The notes: a model not told the origin generated them from the letters alone. DNA of 64,000 bases from Escherichia coli (GCF_003991155.1 NZ_CP031293.1), one strand, 5' to 3'; numbered from the stretch's first letter, positions 32,090 through 46,932 are shown. Made by a program: numbers and translations.

Positions 32090-33799
32090 ATGTCTGAAGA
32101 AAAATTAGGTCAACATTATCTCGCCGCGCTGAATGAGGCATTTCCGGGCGTCGTGCTGGACCACGCCTGGCAGACCAAAGATCAGCTGACCGTGACCGTG
32201 AAGGTGAACTACCTGCCGGAAGTGGTGGAGTTTCTCTACTACAAGCAGGGGGGCTGGCTGTCGGTGCTGTTTGGTAACGACGAACGCAAACTTAATGGTC
32301 ATTACGCCGTTTACTACGTGCTGTCGATGGAGAAGGGCACCAAATGCTGGATAACCGTGCGCGTTGAAGTTGACGCCAACAAACCGGAATATCCGTCCGT
32401 AACGCCGCGCGTTCCGGCGGCGGTGTGGGGCGAGCGTGAAGTGCGCGATATGTACGGTTTGATTCCGGTAGGGCTGCCGGATGAACGTCGTCTGGTGCTG
32501 CCGGATGACTGGCCGGATGAACTTTATCCGCTGCGTAAAGACAGCATGGATTATCGTCAGCGTCCGGCACCAACTACCGATGCTGAAACCTACGAGTTCA
32601 TCAACGAACTGGGCGACAAGAAAAACAACGTCGTGCCGATTGGTCCGCTGCACGTCACTTCCGACGAACCGGGCCACTTCCGTCTGTTTGTCGATGGCGA
32701 AAACATTATCGACGCCGACTACCGTCTGTTCTACGTTCATCGCGGCATGGAAAAACTGGCGGAAACCCGCATGGGTTATAACGAAGTGACCTTCCTCTCT
32801 GACCGTGTGTGCGGGATCTGCGGCTTTGCTCACAGCACCGCCTACACCACGTCGGTGGAAAACGCGATGGGTATTCAGGTGCCAGAACGAGCGCAGATGA
32901 TCCGCGCCATTCTGCTGGAGGTGGAACGCCTGCACTCGCATCTGCTCAACCTCGGCCTGGCCTGTCACTTTACCGGCTTCGACTCCGGCTTTATGCAGTT
33001 CTTCCGCGTGCGTGAAACCTCCATGAAAATGGCAGAGATCCTTACCGGTGCACGTAAAACCTACGGCCTGAACCTGATCGGCGGGATTCGTCGCGATCTG
33101 CTGAAAGACGACATGATCCAGACCCGCCAGCTGGCACAACAGATGCGTCGTGAAGTGCAGGAGCTGGTGGATGTGCTGCTGAGCACACCGAACATGGAAC
33201 AACGCACCGTCGGTATTGGTCGTCTGGACCCGGAAATCGCTCGCGACTTCAGTAACGTTGGCCCGATGGTCCGTGCCAGCGGTCACGCCCGTGATACCCG
33301 TGCCGATCACCCGTTTGTTGGTTATGGCCTGCTGCCAATGGAAGTCCACAGCGAGCAGGGCTGCGACGTTATTTCCCGTCTGAAAGTGCGTATCAACGAA
33401 GTCTATACCGCGCTGAACATGATCGACTACGGTCTGGATAACCTGCCGGGCGGTCCGCTGATGGTGGAAGGCTTTACCTACATTCCGCACCGTTTCGCGC
33501 TGGGCTTTGCCGAAGCGCCGCGCGGCGACGATATCCACTGGAGCATGACCGGCGACAACCAGAAGCTGTACCGCTGGCGCTGCCGTGCGGCGACCTACGC
33601 GAACTGGCCGACCCTGCGCTACATGCTGCGCGGCAACACCGTTTCCGATGCGCCGCTGATTATCGGTAGCCTGGACCCTTGCTACTCCTGTACCGACCGC
33701 ATGACCGTGGTCGATGTGCGTAAGAAGAAGAGCAAAGTGGTGCCGTACAAAGAACTCGAGCGCTACAGCATTGAGCGTAAAAACTCGCCGCTGAAATAA
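32090..33799 (+). CDS. hycE: hydrogenase 3 large subunit (NiFe)
   Basis: 569 aa from MSEEKLGQHY; ORF-track start at 32069 rejected; NiFe-binding CxxC motifs at both ends. Confidence 0.93.
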   Translation: MSEEKLGQHYLAALNEAFPGVVLDHAWQTKDQLTVTVKVNYLPEVVEFLYYKQGGWLSVLFGNDERKLNGHYAVYYVLSMEKGTKCWITVRVEVDANKPEYPSVTPRVPAAVWGEREVRDMYGLIPVGLPDERRLVLPDDWPDELYPLRKDSMDYRQRPAPTTDAETYEFINELGDKKNNVVPIGPLHVTSDEPGHFRLFVDGENIIDADYRLFYVHRGMEKLAETRMGYNEVTFLSDRVCGICGFAHSTAYTTSVENAMGIQVPERAQMIRAILLEVERLHSHLLNLGLACHFTGFDSGFMQFFRVRETSMKMAEILTGARKTYGLNLIGGIRRDLLKDDMIQTRQLAQQMRREVQELVDVLLSTPNMEQRTVGIGRLDPEIARDFSNVGPMVRASGHARDTRADHPFVGYGLLPMEVHSEQGCDVISRLKVRINEVYTALNMIDYGLDNLPGGPLMVEGFTYIPHRFALGFAEAPRGDDIHWSMTGDNQKLYRWRCRAATYANWPTLRYMLRGNTVSDAPLIIGSLDPCYSCTDRMTVVDVRKKKSKVVPYKELERYSIERKNSPLK

Positions 33800-33808
33800 G
33801 GAATCGCC

Positions 33809-34351
33809 ATGTTTACCTTTATCAAAAAAGTTATCAAAACCGGCACGGCGACCTCGTCTTATCCGCTGGAGCCGATTGCGGTTGATAAAAACTTCCGTGG
33901 TAAGCCAGAGCAGAACCCGCAGCAGTGCATCGGCTGCGCGGCCTGCGTCAATGCCTGCCCGTCAAACGCCTTAACGGTTGAAACCGACCTCGCCACAGGA
34001 GAGCTTGCCTGGGAGTTTAATCTCGGGCGCTGCATCTTCTGTGGACGCTGCGAAGAAGTTTGCCCGACGGCGGCGATCAAACTGTCGCAAGAGTACGAAC
34101 TGGCGGTGTGGAAGAAAGAAGACTTCCTGCAACAGTCCCGCTTCGCGCTGTGCAACTGCCGCGTCTGCAATCGTCCTTTCGCCGTCCAGAAAGAGATCGA
34201 CTACGCCATTGCGCTGCTTAAGCACAATGGTGACAGCCGCGCGGAAAACCACCGCGAAAGCTTTGAGACTTGCCCGGAATGTAAGCGCCAGAAATGCCTG
34301 GTGCCGTCCGACCGTATTGAACTGACTCGCCATATGAAAGAGGCCATCTGA
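33809..34351 (+). CDS. hycF: formate hydrogenlyase subunit 6 (ferredoxin-like)
   Basis: 180-aa ORF with 4Fe-4S Cys motifs. Confidence 0.93.
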   Translation: MFTFIKKVIKTGTATSSYPLEPIAVDKNFRGKPEQNPQQCIGCAACVNACPSNALTVETDLATGELAWEFNLGRCIFCGRCEEVCPTAAIKLSQEYELAVWKKEDFLQQSRFALCNCRVCNRPFAVQKEIDYAIALLKHNGDSRAENHRESFETCPECKRQKCLVPSDRIELTRHMKEAI

Positions 34352-35118
34352 TGAGCAATTTATTAGGCCCCCGTGACGCCAACGGCATTCCGGTCCCGAT
34401 GACGGTGGATGAATCCATCGCCAGCATGAAGGCGTCGTTACTGAAAAAAATCAAACGTTCTGCCTACGTTTACCGCGTGGACTGCGGCGGCTGCAACGGC
34501 TGCGAAATCGAAATTTTCGCCACGCTTTCGCCGCTGTTTGATGCAGAACGCTTCGGCATTAAAGTCGTTCCTTCACCGCGTCATGCGGATATTTTACTGT
34601 TTACCGGCGCGGTCACCCGTGCAATGCGATCCCCTGCGCTGCGTGCGTGGCAGTCCGCGCCGGACCCGAAAATCTGTATCTCCTACGGTGCCTGCGGTAA
34701 CAGCGGTGGCATTTTCCACGATCTCTACTGCGTGTGGGGCGGTACGGATAAAATCGTCCCGGTGGATGTCTACATTCCGGGGTGCCCGCCAACGCCAGCC
34801 GCCACGCTGTACGGCTTTGCAATGGCGCTCGGCCTGCTGGAGCAGAAAATTCACGCCCGTGGCCCGGGTGAGCAGGATGAACAACCGGCGGAAATCCTTC
34901 ATGGCGATATGGTGCAGCCGCTGCGTGTGAAAGTGGATCGCGAAGCACGCCGCCTGGCGGGTTATCGTTACGGTCGTCAGATTGCCGATGACTTCCTGAC
35001 ACAGTTAGGGCAGGGTGAAGAACAGGTTGCACGCTGGCTGGAAGCGGAAAACGATCCGCGTCTGAACGAGATTGTCAGCCATCTGAATCATGTTGTTGAA
35101 GAGGCGCGTATCCGATGA
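34351..35118 (+). CDS. hycG: hydrogenase 3 small subunit
   Basis: 255-aa ORF, NuoB-like. Confidence 0.93.
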   Translation: MSNLLGPRDANGIPVPMTVDESIASMKASLLKKIKRSAYVYRVDCGGCNGCEIEIFATLSPLFDAERFGIKVVPSPRHADILLFTGAVTRAMRSPALRAWQSAPDPKICISYGACGNSGGIFHDLYCVWGGTDKIVPVDVYIPGCPPTPAATLYGFAMALGLLEQKIHARGPGEQDEQPAEILHGDMVQPLRVKVDREARRLAGYRYGRQIADDFLTQLGQGEEQVARWLEAENDPRLNEIVSHLNHVVEEARIR

Positions 35119-35525
35119 GTGAAAAGGTGGTGTTCAGTCAACTGAGCCGTAAATTTATTGATGAGAACGATGCCACGCCCGCCGAGGCGCAGCAGGTGGT
35201 CTATTACAGCCTGGCGATTGGTCACCACCTTGGGGTTATCGATTGCCTGGAAGCCGCGCTCACCTGCCCGTGGGATGAATATCTGGCATGGATTGCCACT
35301 CTGGAGACGGGCAGTGAAGCCCGCCGTAAAATGGAAGGCGTGCCGAAGTACGGTGAGATCGTCATCGACATTAACCATGTGCCGATGCTGGCTAACGCAT
35401 TCGATAAAGCCCGGGCAGCGCAAACTTCGCAGCAGAAAGAATGGAGTACCATGCTGTTAAGTATGCTGCATGATATTTATCAGGAAAATGCCATCTATTT
35501 GATGGTGAGGAGACTGCGTGACTGA
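35115..35525 (+). CDS. hycH: formate hydrogenlyase maturation protein HycH
   Basis: 136-aa ORF overlapping hycG stop. Confidence 0.9.
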   Translation: MSEKVVFSQLSRKFIDENDATPAEAQQVVYYSLAIGHHLGVIDCLEAALTCPWDEYLAWIATLETGSEARRKMEGVPKYGEIVIDINHVPMLANAFDKARAAQTSQQKEWSTMLLSMLHDIYQENAIYLMVRRLRD

Positions 35526-35985
35526 CGTTTTACTCTGTGTTGGCAATAGCATGATGGGCGATGATGGCGCAGGTCCGCTGCTGGCGGAAAAGTGCGCCGC
35601 CGCGCCGAAAGGTAACTGGGTGGTGATTGACGGCGGTAGCGCACCGGAAAACGACATCGTCGCCATCCGTGAACTGCGCCCGACACGACTGCTGATTGTC
35701 GATGCCACGGATATGGGGCTAAACCCCGGCGAGATCCGCATCATCGATCCGGATGACATCGCCGAGATGTTTATGATGACTACCCATAACATGCCGCTGA
35801 ACTACCTTATCGACCAGTTGAAAGAAGACATTGGCGAAGTGATTTTCCTCGGCATCCAGCCGGATATCGTCGGTTTTTACTACCCGATGACCCAGCCGAT
35901 TAAAGATGCGGTAGAAACCGTTTATCAACGACTGGAAGGCTGGGAAGGGAATGGCGGCTTCGCGCAGTTAGCGGTGGAAGAATAA
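35518..35985 (+). CDS. hycI: hydrogenase 3 maturation endopeptidase HycI
   Basis: 155-aa ORF starting [19 protein letters not shown]. Confidence 0.92.
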   Translation: MTDVLLCVGNSMMGDDGAGPLLAEKCAAAPKGNWVVIDGGSAPENDIVAIRELRPTRLLIVDATDMGLNPGEIRIIDPDDIAEMFMMTTHNMPLNYLIDQLKEDIGEVIFLGIQPDIVGFYYPMTQPIKDAVETVYQRLEGWEGNGGFAQLAVEE

Positions 35986-36009
35986 TTCTTCATTAGGGAA
36001 TTCAGGGAA

Positions 36010-36783
36010 TTGAACATCAAAACAGGGATGTGCGCTTTTTTATTGAGCTTAGTGCTGCCTGCACAGGCCACCAGCTTTACCGAATATCTGCCAATGAGTG
36101 ACAGCGAATACGCGCAAAAGCGGGCGCTGAAACCTCTCCTGACTATGCCTTATTATACCGAGCAAACCTGGCATTTTAGAAAAGTGGGCGTTGCTGGCGT
36201 GACGCTTGAGAAGATGCCAAATGATGATAGTGAATGGCAATTGAACGGTAAAGATCGCGCCGGTAAATCCTGGTCTGTGCCTGTGGGGGTGCTGCAAAAT
36301 ATGGCGGGTAATGCGCAACTTTACCGTGCCGATCTTGATCGTAACGGCATTCAGGATCTGGTTATCTGGCGGGGTATTTCAGGAAATGGTCTGGCACCTA
36401 ACGCGTTTTTGATTCTGATGACCTTTAATCAGCAAGGTCGCCCGTGTGTTTTTCAGTCCGATAGTTTTTATACCGCAAGTGAAACTGGCATTGATGATTT
36501 GCTGGATTTACAAAGGAATGGCCACACGCAATTGCTGGATATGCAGTTTGATTCCGGTTACTGGATAACCAGTCTGTATCAGGTAAAAGACGCCAAATGG
36601 CAGCGTGTTCACGGCTGGTTTGGCAAGTTAAGCTATCCCGCGCTCACGCGTTTTACTTATACCCCCAACCGTAAACTCGTCCTCAAACCCATCGCCGGGC
36701 GCGACCCGCAATCGGAAGATCTGGCGCTGACGCAGCGTTGCTTGATAAAGGGGGATGTTCTTGATGGGGTGAACCAGCTCTGA
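36010..36783 (+). CDS. hypothetical exported protein (predicted signal peptide, cleavage near AQA-TS)
   Basis: 257-aa ORF 24 bp after hycI, same strand; TTG start gives MNIKTGMCAFLLSLVLPAQA (ATG at 36028 is an alternative); no recognised family. Confidence 0.55.
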   Translation: MNIKTGMCAFLLSLVLPAQATSFTEYLPMSDSEYAQKRALKPLLTMPYYTEQTWHFRKVGVAGVTLEKMPNDDSEWQLNGKDRAGKSWSVPVGVLQNMAGNAQLYRADLDRNGIQDLVIWRGISGNGLAPNAFLILMTFNQQGRPCVFQSDSFYTASETGIDDLLDLQRNGHTQLLDMQFDSGYWITSLYQVKDAKWQRVHGWFGKLSYPALTRFTYTPNRKLVLKPIAGRDPQSEDLALTQRCLIKGDVLDGVNQL

Positions 36784-36798
36784 TGCCAAACGCCAGAT

Positions 36799-36862
36799 TG
36801 CCCGATGCGCAACGCTTATCGGGCCTTGTAGGCCGGATAAGGCGTTCACGCCGCATCCGGCA
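36799..36862. repeat. BIME: two adjacent REP-type palindromic units
   Basis: ttgcccgatgcgcaacgcttatcgggcc and gtaggccggataaggcgttcacgccgcatccggca. Confidence 0.7.
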
Positions 36863-36869
36863 CGGTTAC

Positions 36870-39760
<2,891 letters not shown>

Positions 39761-40018
39761 CGGATTTTATCCTGTTATCAGTAGGGTAGATGTAGTTGTT
39801 ATCAGTCGACGTGACGGAAAATGCCGATGCTGAAACGGAATTAGGAAACCGGTTTCACAAAATCATGAATAGTTGTCACTAAATAAGCAAGAGAGTTAAT
39901 TGTTCATTTTTTATATTTGTGAAACCGGTCACCTGAATATTTTTCCCGCCGATTGCGCAAGGACAATCGGCAAACGGTGCAGTACACTGCGTTGATTGCG
40001 TGTAAAGGGATGAAAATG

Positions 40019-41029
40019 ATGACGACGATGCTGGAAGTGGCGAAGCGCGCCGGGGTTTCAAAAGCGACCGTTTCCCGCGTGCTTTCAGGTAATGGCTACG
40101 TCAGCCAGGAGACTAAAGATCGCGTGTTTCAGGCGGTAGAAGAGAGCGGTTACCGCCCAAACTTGCTGGCGCGCAATCTGTCGGCGAAGAGTACTCAGAC
40201 GCTGGGGCTGGTAGTGACCAACACGCTTTACCACGGCATTTATTTTAGTGAACTACTGTTTCATGCCGCGCGAATGGCTGAAGAGAAAGGGCGACAGTTG
40301 CTATTGGCAGATGGTAAACACAGCGCCGAAGAAGAGCGCCAGGCGATTCAGTATCTGCTGGATTTGCGCTGCGACGCCATTATGATTTACCCGCGTTTTT
40401 TAAGCGTGGATGAGATTGATGACATCATTGACGCACACAGTCAGCCGATAATGGTGCTTAATCGCCGCCTGCGCAAAAATAGCAGCCATAGCGTCTGGTG
40501 CGATCATAAACAGACCAGCTTTAACGCCGTGGCAGAGTTGATAAACGCCGGGCATCAGGAGATTGCTTTCCTTACCGGCTCGATGGATTCCCCCACCAGC
40601 GTTGAACGTCTTGCCGGGTATAAAGACGCGCTGTCGCAGCATGGTATTGCGCTCAATGAAAAACTTATCGCTAACGGTAAATGGACGCCTGCCAGCGGGG
40701 CCGAAGGGGTAGAAACGTTGCTCGAACGTGGGGCTAAATTTAGCGCGTTAGTTGCCAGTAACGACGATATGGCGATAGGTGCGATGAAAGCGTTGCACGA
40801 GCGCGGCGTAGCGGTGCCAGAGCAGGTGTCAGTTATCGGATTCGATGATATCGCTATTGCCCCCTACACCGTTCCGGCGCTCTCCAGCGTAAAAATTCCG
40901 GTAACTGAGATGATTCAGGAAATTATTGGACGGCTGATTTTTATGCTCGATGGTGGGGATTTCTCACCGCCGAAAACCTTCAGCGGAAAACTGATCCGCC
41001 GCGGCTCCCTCATTGCTCTTTCGCAATAA
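40019..41029 (+). CDS. ascG: LacI-family repressor of asc operon
   Basis: About 336 aa from MTTMLEVAKRAGVSKATVSRVL (HTH); ORF-track start at 39953 rejected; reading frame uninterrupted. Confidence 0.88.
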   Translation: MTTMLEVAKRAGVSKATVSRVLSGNGYVSQETKDRVFQAVEESGYRPNLLARNLSAKSTQTLGLVVTNTLYHGIYFSELLFHAARMAEEKGRQLLLADGKHSAEEERQAIQYLLDLRCDAIMIYPRFLSVDEIDDIIDAHSQPIMVLNRRLRKNSSHSVWCDHKQTSFNAVAELINAGHQEIAFLTGSMDSPTSVERLAGYKDALSQHGIALNEKLIANGKWTPASGAEGVETLLERGAKFSALVASNDDMAIGAMKALHERGVAVPEQVSVIGFDDIAIAPYTVPALSSVKIPVTEMIQEIIGRLIFMLDGGDFSPPKTFSGKLIRRGSLIALSQ

Positions 41030-41040
41030 ACATTGTCATC

Positions 41041-41074
41041 ACATGTCATCGTCACTAGTGTCGATGACATCGTT
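41041..41074 (+). terminator. putative Rho-independent terminator after ascG
   Basis: atgtcatcg / cgatgacat 9-bp stem followed by cgtttttcc. Confidence 0.5.
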
Positions 41075-41177
41075 TTTCCTGCATTACAGAATTTAATTTC
41101 TTTAAATAACAGTAAATTAAAAACTGGCATGATTTGTGAATGTATCGGCGCATTAACTGTCATTGCTGGAGAATTTG

Positions 41178-41705
41178 ATGAACCGTTTCATCATTGCTGA
41201 CGCGAGTAAATGTATTGGTTGCCGTACCTGTGAAGTGGCGTGCGTGGTTTCTCATCAGGAGAATCAGGACTGTGCATCGCTGACCCCGGAAACTTTTTTA
41301 CCGCGAATCCATGTCATTAAAGGTGTGAACATTTCTACGGCAACAGTCTGCCGTCAGTGTGAAGATGCACCGTGCGCTAACGTCTGCCCGAATGGTGCTA
41401 TCAGCCGTGATAAAGGGTTTGTTCATGTGATGCAGGAACGTTGCATTGGTTGCAAAACCTGCGTTGTGGCTTGCCCGTATGGCGCGATGGAAGTGGTGGT
41501 ACGTCCGGTGATTCGCAACAGCGGCGCAGGGCTTAACGTACGGGCTGACAAAGCCGAAGCCAATAAATGCGACCTCTGTAACCATCGTGAAGACGGCCCG
41601 GCGTGTATGGCTGCTTGCCCGACCCATGCGCTGATTTGTGTCGATCGTAATAAACTTGAACAACTGAGCGCAGAAAAACGTCGCCGTACGGCGCTGATGT
41701 TCTAA
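41178..41705 (+). CDS. hydN: electron transport protein HydN (4Fe-4S ferredoxin-type)
   Basis: 175 aa from [15 protein letters not shown]; multiple Cys clusters. Confidence 0.9.
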   Translation: MNRFIIADASKCIGCRTCEVACVVSHQENQDCASLTPETFLPRIHVIKGVNISTATVCRQCEDAPCANVCPNGAISRDKGFVHVMQERCIGCKTCVVACPYGAMEVVVRPVIRNSGAGLNVRADKAEANKCDLCNHREDGPACMAACPTHALICVDRNKLEQLSAEKRRRTALMF

Positions 41706-41857
41706 AAATCTTACTGAACTGTTCTGGCATCAAAGGAATTCCCGGAAATATTCGTAGAATACGGAGCGGGCGGTATCGCCGACCTGTGATTGCCGGATAC
41801 GACGCGGTCGTGTCCGGCTGGGCGGGTTACGAAATTCATGATGGCGGGAATAACTCA

Positions 41858-44098
41858 ATGGCAAAAAACATATCTTGCGGTGTCCAACTGCGTATTCGTG
41901 GCAAAGTGCAGGGCGTCGGTTTTCGTCCGTTTGTCTGGCAACTGGCACAGCAATTAAATCTTCACGGCGATGTCTGTAATGACGGCGATGGCGTAGAAGT
42001 CCGGCTGCTGGAAGCCCCGGAAACGTTTCTTGTTCAATTGCATCAGCACTGCCCGCCGCTGGCGCGTATTGATAGCGTCGAGCGTGAGCCGTTTATCTGG
42101 TCACAACTGCCCACTGAGTTCACTATCCGCCAGAGCACAGGCGGCACCATGAATACGCAAATTGTCCCGGATGCCGCCACTTGCCCTGCTTGCCTTGCCG
42201 AAATGAATACCCCGGGCGAGCGGCGTTATCGTTATCCGTTTATCAACTGTACCCACTGCGGCCCGCGTTTCACCATTATTCGCGCGATGCCTTACGACCG
42301 CCCGTTTACCGTGATGGCGGCGTTTCCGCTGTGTCCGGCTTGTGACAAAGAGTACCGCGACCCGCTCGATCGTCGCTTCCACGCCCAGCCGGTGGCCTGC
42401 CCGGAGTGTGGCCCACATCTTGAATGGGTAAGTCATGGTGAACATGCAGAACAAGAGGCGGCATTACAGGCGGCTATCGCACAGTTAAAAATGGGCAACA
42501 TTGTCGCCATCAAAGGGATTGGCGGATTTCATCTCGCCTGCGATGCGCGTAACAGTAACGCGGTGGCGACACTACGGGCACGTAAACATCGCCCGGCGAA
42601 ACCGCTGGCGGTCATGTTGCCAGTGGCTGACGGTTTACCAGACGCTGCGCGCCAGTTGCTTACCACGCCCGCCGCGCCGATTGTGCTGGTGGATAAAAAA
42701 TACATACCTGAGCTTTGTGATGATATCGCCCCTGGCCTTAACGAAGTTGGGGTGATGTTGCCTGCGAACCCGCTCCAGCATTTGCTGTTACAGGAACTGC
42801 AATGCCCGCTGGTGATGACCTCCGGCAACCTGAGCGGTAAACCACCAGCTATCAGCAACGAACAGGCGCTGGCGGATTTGCAGGGCATTGCCGACGGATT
42901 CTTGATACATAACCGCGACATCGTGCAGCGGATGGATGATTCGGTGGTGCGCGAAAGCGGCGAAATGCTGCGCCGTTCGCGGGGGTATGTGCCGGATGCG
43001 CTGGCTTTGCCTCCGGGCTTTAAAAATGTTCCGCCTGTGCTGTGTCTCGGCGCGGATCTGAAAAATACCTTCTGCCTGGTGCGCGGTGAACAAGCGGTGT
43101 TGAGTCAGCATCTGGGCGATTTAAGTGACGATGGCATCCAGATGCAGTGGCGCGAAGCGTTACGCCTGATGCAAAACATCTACGATTTTACCCCGCAATA
43201 CGTTGTGCATGACGCACATCCGGGCTATGTCTCCAGCCAGTGGGCGCGCGAAATGAATCTGCCGACGCAAACGGTGCTGCATCATCATGCCCACGCGGCG
43301 GCGTGTCTGGCAGAACATCACTGGCCACTGGAGGGCGGTGATGTCATTGCTTTGACGCTCGACGGTATCGGTATGGGGGAGAACGGCGCTTTGTGGGGCG
43401 GCGAGTGTCTGCGGGTGAACTATCGCGAATGCCAGCACCTGGGCGGCTTGCCAGCGGTGGCGCTTGCTGGGGGCGATTTGGCTGCAAAGCAGCCGTGGCG
43501 TAACCTGCTGGCGCAGTGCCTGCGCTTTGTGCCGGAGTGGCAGAATTACCCTGAAACGGCAAGTGTGCAACAGCAAAACTGGAGCGTGCTGGCGCGGGCC
43601 ATTGAGCGTGGAATTAACGCGCCGCTGGCATCATCGTGTGGACGTTTGTTCGATGCCGTAGCGGCGGCGTTGGGCTGTGCGCCAGCCACGTTAAGTTATG
43701 AAGGTGAAGCGGCTTGCGCCCTCGAGGCGCTGGCGGCTTCGAGCCAGGGAGTGACGCATCCGGTGACGATGCCGCTGGTGGACAATCAACTGGATCTCGC
43801 CACCTTCTGGCAGCAGTGGCTGAACTGGCAGGCACCGGTTAATCAACGCGCGTGGGCGTTTCATGATGCGCTGGCGCAGGGTTTTGCCGCGTTGATGCGT
43901 GAGCAGGCCACGATGCGCGGTATCACTACGCTGGTATTTAGCGGTGGGGTTATTCATAACCGATTGCTGCGTACACGCCTGGCGCATTATCTCGCTGATT
44001 TCACATTACTCTTTCCGCAGAGTTTACCGGCGGGTGATGGCGGCTTGTCTCTGGGGCAGGGGGTTATTGCTGCGGCGCGCATCCTGCATGCTGCATAG
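41858..44098 (+). CDS. hypF: carbamoyltransferase HypF
   Basis: Start [10 protein letters not shown]; acylphosphatase, Zn-finger, YrdC and Kae1-like regions; exact start codon uncertain. Confidence 0.9.
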   Translation: MAKNISCGVQLRIRGKVQGVGFRPFVWQLAQQLNLHGDVCNDGDGVEVRLLEAPETFLVQLHQHCPPLARIDSVEREPFIWSQLPTEFTIRQSTGGTMNTQIVPDAATCPACLAEMNTPGERRYRYPFINCTHCGPRFTIIRAMPYDRPFTVMAAFPLCPACDKEYRDPLDRRFHAQPVACPECGPHLEWVSHGEHAEQEAALQAAIAQLKMGNIVAIKGIGGFHLACDARNSNAVATLRARKHRPAKPLAVMLPVADGLPDAARQLLTTPAAPIVLVDKKYIPELCDDIAPGLNEVGVMLPANPLQHLLLQELQCPLVMTSGNLSGKPPAISNEQALADLQGIADGFLIHNRDIVQRMDDSVVRESGEMLRRSRGYVPDALALPPGFKNVPPVLCLGADLKNTFCLVRGEQAVLSQHLGDLSDDGIQMQWREALRLMQNIYDFTPQYVVHDAHPGYVSSQWAREMNLPTQTVLHHHAHAAACLAEHHWPLEGGDVIALTLDGIGMGENGALWGGECLRVNYRECQHLGGLPAVALAGGDLAAKQPWRNLLAQCLRFVPEWQNYPETASVQQQNWSVLARAIERGINAPLASSCGRLFDAVAAALGCAPATLSYEGEAACALEALAASSQGVTHPVTMPLVDNQLDLATFWQQWLNWQAPVNQRAWAFHDALAQGFAALMREQATMRGITTLVFSGGVIHNRLLRTRLAHYLADFTLLFPQSLPAGDGGLSLGQGVIAAARILHAA

Positions 44099-44176
44099 TG
44101 GCGGATGTGGCGTAACGAAGCGTTAAAAGTAGCGCGGACAGTCCCCTCGCCCTTTGGGCGAGGGAGAAAACCATGC

Positions 44177-45310
44177 CTACATCGGCAACGTTTTCAACAA
44201 TCCAAACGCCTCTTTCATCCGATCCTCACTGACCACAAAGGCGCGAAGCTGGTCTGTATCGTCAACGCCGCGTGCCACCATTCCCTGATGTTCGGTATTA
44301 ATTTGCCAGCGTAAATCCTGACGCTGGGTTTCGCCTGCCAGATGCAGCGGTAATTCTGGCGTTTTGATTTTCACCAGCATCGCCGGGAGTTTCAGCGGCG
44401 TGTTATTGCCGAGAAGAATTTTTGCCAGCACCATCGCGCTAAGTTGAATCGGCTGGAGGAACGGCAATACCTGACCGTTAATTTCCGCGCAATCGCCCAG
44501 CGCATAAATATCGGCATTACTGGTTTGCAGATAACTATCGACGCAAACGCCGCGATTAATCGTCAGCCCGGCGCGTCGTGCCAGGGCGGTTTCCGGGCGC
44601 AGCCCGGTGGCGGCAATTACCGCATCCACTTCGATGCTGCGCTGGCGGTCCAGCGTTGCCAGAATGCCAGAATCCGTTTTTTCCAGCCCCTGCAACTGAG
44701 ATTTTAACAGCAGATGAACGCCCATCTCCGTCAACCGATGCTGCAAGCGGCTGCTTACTTCCGGTGGCATTAACGATGCCAGAATACTGGCAGCGTTGTC
44801 GATTAGCGTGACCGCTTTGCCTGCACGACAAAAATCCATCGCCAGTTCGCTACCAATCAAGCCACCGCCAACAATCAACACGCGTCGGGCATCCCGCAGT
44901 TGCGTTTCACAGGCGCGATACTCTTGCTGACTATTTAACGTCAGCATTAACTCACGCCCGGGCACTGGCGGGACAAAGGCGCTGGCACCGGTTGCCAGCA
45001 CTAACTTGTCGTATTGCCACTGATTATTCTGACTTTTCACCACATGGGCTTTGGCATCGATATCCGTTACCCAGGTGTGCGGAAACAGGCGCAGATTAAA
45101 CTGCCCGGCAAATTCACCTGCCGTCTGGCGGGTAAGGTCGTCGGCACGTTGCCCCTGACTGATAACATGGCTGAGGTCAGGTTTGTTGTACTCATCCATG
45201 CTGTCGGCGGCAATCAGGGTTAATGGAATACTGGCGTCCTGTTTGCGAATATTTTTCACCAGTTGGCGGGCGGCGAAGCCCGAACCAATGATCACAATGC
45301 CGTTGCTCAT
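44177..45310 (-). CDS. norW: NADH:flavorubredoxin reductase
   Basis: 377-aa ORF; FAD/NAD GxGxxG motifs. Confidence 0.93.
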   Translation of the reverse strand: MSNGIVIIGSGFAARQLVKNIRKQDASIPLTLIAADSMDEYNKPDLSHVISQGQRADDLTRQTAGEFAGQFNLRLFPHTWVTDIDAKAHVVKSQNNQWQYDKLVLATGASAFVPPVPGRELMLTLNSQQEYRACETQLRDARRVLIVGGGLIGSELAMDFCRAGKAVTLIDNAASILASLMPPEVSSRLQHRLTEMGVHLLLKSQLQGLEKTDSGILATLDRQRSIEVDAVIAATGLRPETALARRAGLTINRGVCVDSYLQTSNADIYALGDCAEINGQVLPFLQPIQLSAMVLAKILLGNNTPLKLPAMLVKIKTPELPLHLAGETQRQDLRWQINTEHQGMVARGVDDTDQLRAFVVSEDRMKEAFGLLKTLPM

Positions 45311-46746
45311 TTTGCCTCCGATGCCAGTTCGTCAAAGACGTCTTTGCCGAGAGAGCATTCCGGGCACAGGAAGTTATCCGGGACTTCACTCCACGGCGTT
45401 CCTGGCGCAACGTCCTGCATTGGCTCGCCTTTTGCCGGATCGTAAATCCACTGGCAGACGCTGCATTGCATCCGTGGGCCGAGGTCAGCCGTCGTGGCGG
45501 CAGAGGTTTCTTCTTTAACCACCGTATTCACCGTGCTCTGCGGCAGCGGCGCGAGCGCCCACTGACGGGCGATTTCGCGACCGTGTTCACGACATAACTC
45601 CAGAGCGTCCTGGTCTGGTCGCCATTTGGCTTTCAGGCTAAGCGACATTTCGAAACCCGCATCCTGCAGGCGCGTGGAAAGACGATCCACCGCACCGCCG
45701 CTCCAGCCGTGAGAGCCGAAAGCGCTGGCGCGTTTGTTACGGAAGCGTAATCCGGTCATCTCCTCCACCAGCCCGGCGATTTTCGGCATCATCACATTAT
45801 TCATCGTAGAGGTGCCGACCAGCACGCCTTTTGAGCGGAAGACATTGGTCAGGATTTCGTTTTTATCGCTTCGGGCGACGTTGAAAATTTTCACCGCCAC
45901 GCGTGGGTCGGTTTCCGCAATCCCCTGGGCGATAGCGTCAGCCATCATGCGGGTGTTATTCGACATGGTGTCGTAGAAAATGGTGATTCTGTCTTCCTGA
46001 TAATCCGCCGCCCATTTCAGGTACAGCTCGACAATTTGCGTCGGGTTATCGCGCCATACCACGCCGTGAGAGGTCGCTATCATATCGACTGGTAAGTTAA
46101 AGCCCAGGATCTCGGTAATTTTCGGCGTTACCAGGCGGCTGAACGGCGTCAGGATATTGGCGTAGTAACGCTGGCACTGCTCGAAAAGCTCCGTCTGATC
46201 CACTTCATCGTTGAACAGATGCTCGTCGCAGTAGTGCTGACCGAAAGCATCGTTACTGAACAGCACCGCGTCGCCTGTCAGGTAAGTCATCATGCTGTCC
46301 GGCCAGTGCAGCATTGGCGTTTCGACAAAAATGAGCTGTTTGCCGTTGCCGATATCCAGCGTGTCGCCAGTTTTCACCACATTAAAATTCCACTCCGGAT
46401 GATGGTGATGACCATTTATTGAGTCGATAGCGTTGGCAGTACAATAGATCGGCGTATCGGGAATTTGCGCCATCAGTTCGGTCAGCGCCCCGGCGTGATC
46501 CTCTTCAGCATGGTTAATCACGATGTAATCGATATCCGCCAGATCGATTTCATTACGCAGGTTCTGCACAAATTCGCGGCTGAATTTATGGTCGACGGTG
46601 TCGATCAGCACGTTTTTTTCTTCACGGATGAGGTAGCTGTTGTAGCTGCTGCCGCGCAGCGTTTTATATTCTGTACCGTGAAAATCACGTACTTCCCAGT
46701 CACGTTGACCAACCCAATGAATGTTATTTTTCACCACAATAGACAT
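45307..46746 (-). CDS. norV: anaerobic nitric oxide reductase flavorubredoxin
   Basis: 479-aa full-length ORF; metallo-beta-lactamase, flavodoxin and C-terminal rubredoxin CxxC pairs. Confidence 0.95.
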   Translation of the reverse strand: MSIVVKNNIHWVGQRDWEVRDFHGTEYKTLRGSSYNSYLIREEKNVLIDTVDHKFSREFVQNLRNEIDLADIDYIVINHAEEDHAGALTELMAQIPDTPIYCTANAIDSINGHHHHPEWNFNVVKTGDTLDIGNGKQLIFVETPMLHWPDSMMTYLTGDAVLFSNDAFGQHYCDEHLFNDEVDQTELFEQCQRYYANILTPFSRLVTPKITEILGFNLPVDMIATSHGVVWRDNPTQIVELYLKWAADYQEDRITIFYDTMSNNTRMMADAIAQGIAETDPRVAVKIFNVARSDKNEILTNVFRSKGVLVGTSTMNNVMMPKIAGLVEEMTGLRFRNKRASAFGSHGWSGGAVDRLSTRLQDAGFEMSLSLKAKWRPDQDALELCREHGREIARQWALAPLPQSTVNTVVKEETSAATTADLGPRMQCSVCQWIYDPAKGEPMQDVAPGTPWSEVPDNFLCPECSLGKDVFDELASEAK

Positions 46747-46792
46747 AGCAACCTCAATTTATTCAGCGTGTTCTAAAAAGATGTCTTGCTAA

Positions 46793-46809
46793 TTGCAGAT
46801 TGCGTGCCA
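46793..46809 (-). promoter_or_regulatory. sigma-54 (-24/-12) promoter for norVW
   Basis: Minus-strand reading TGGCAC-gcaat-CTGCA. Confidence 0.7.
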
Positions 46810-46864
46810 GTTTTTTATCTGATTGTTTTTACTCTATAAATAAAATTGTGCTCATTAATGAGTA

Positions 46865-46920
46865 GTCAAAATGACTATCAATAAAATGGTCGATATGACA
46901 ATATCTATAGTCAAATTGAC
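46865..46920. promoter_or_regulatory. three NorR enhancer-binding sites (GTCA-N3-TGAC)
   Basis: gtcaaaatgac (46865-46875), gtcgatatgac (46889-46899), gtcaaattgac (46910-46920). Confidence 0.75.
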
Positions 46921-46932
46921 AGTGAGGCAAAG

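Noticed and set aside
32105-33538. 477-aa minus-strand ORF
   Set aside because: Antisense to hycE; shadow ORF
41100-41177. Possible sigma-54 promoter upstream of hydN (tggcatgatttgtgaa)
   Set aside because: GG is present but no GC at the -12 position with correct spacing; not a convincing -24/-12 match
44143-44164. Hairpin cccctcgccc-ttt-gggcgaggg between hypF and norW
   Set aside because: Stable stem but no flanking U-tract on either strand; cannot be called a terminator from sequence alone
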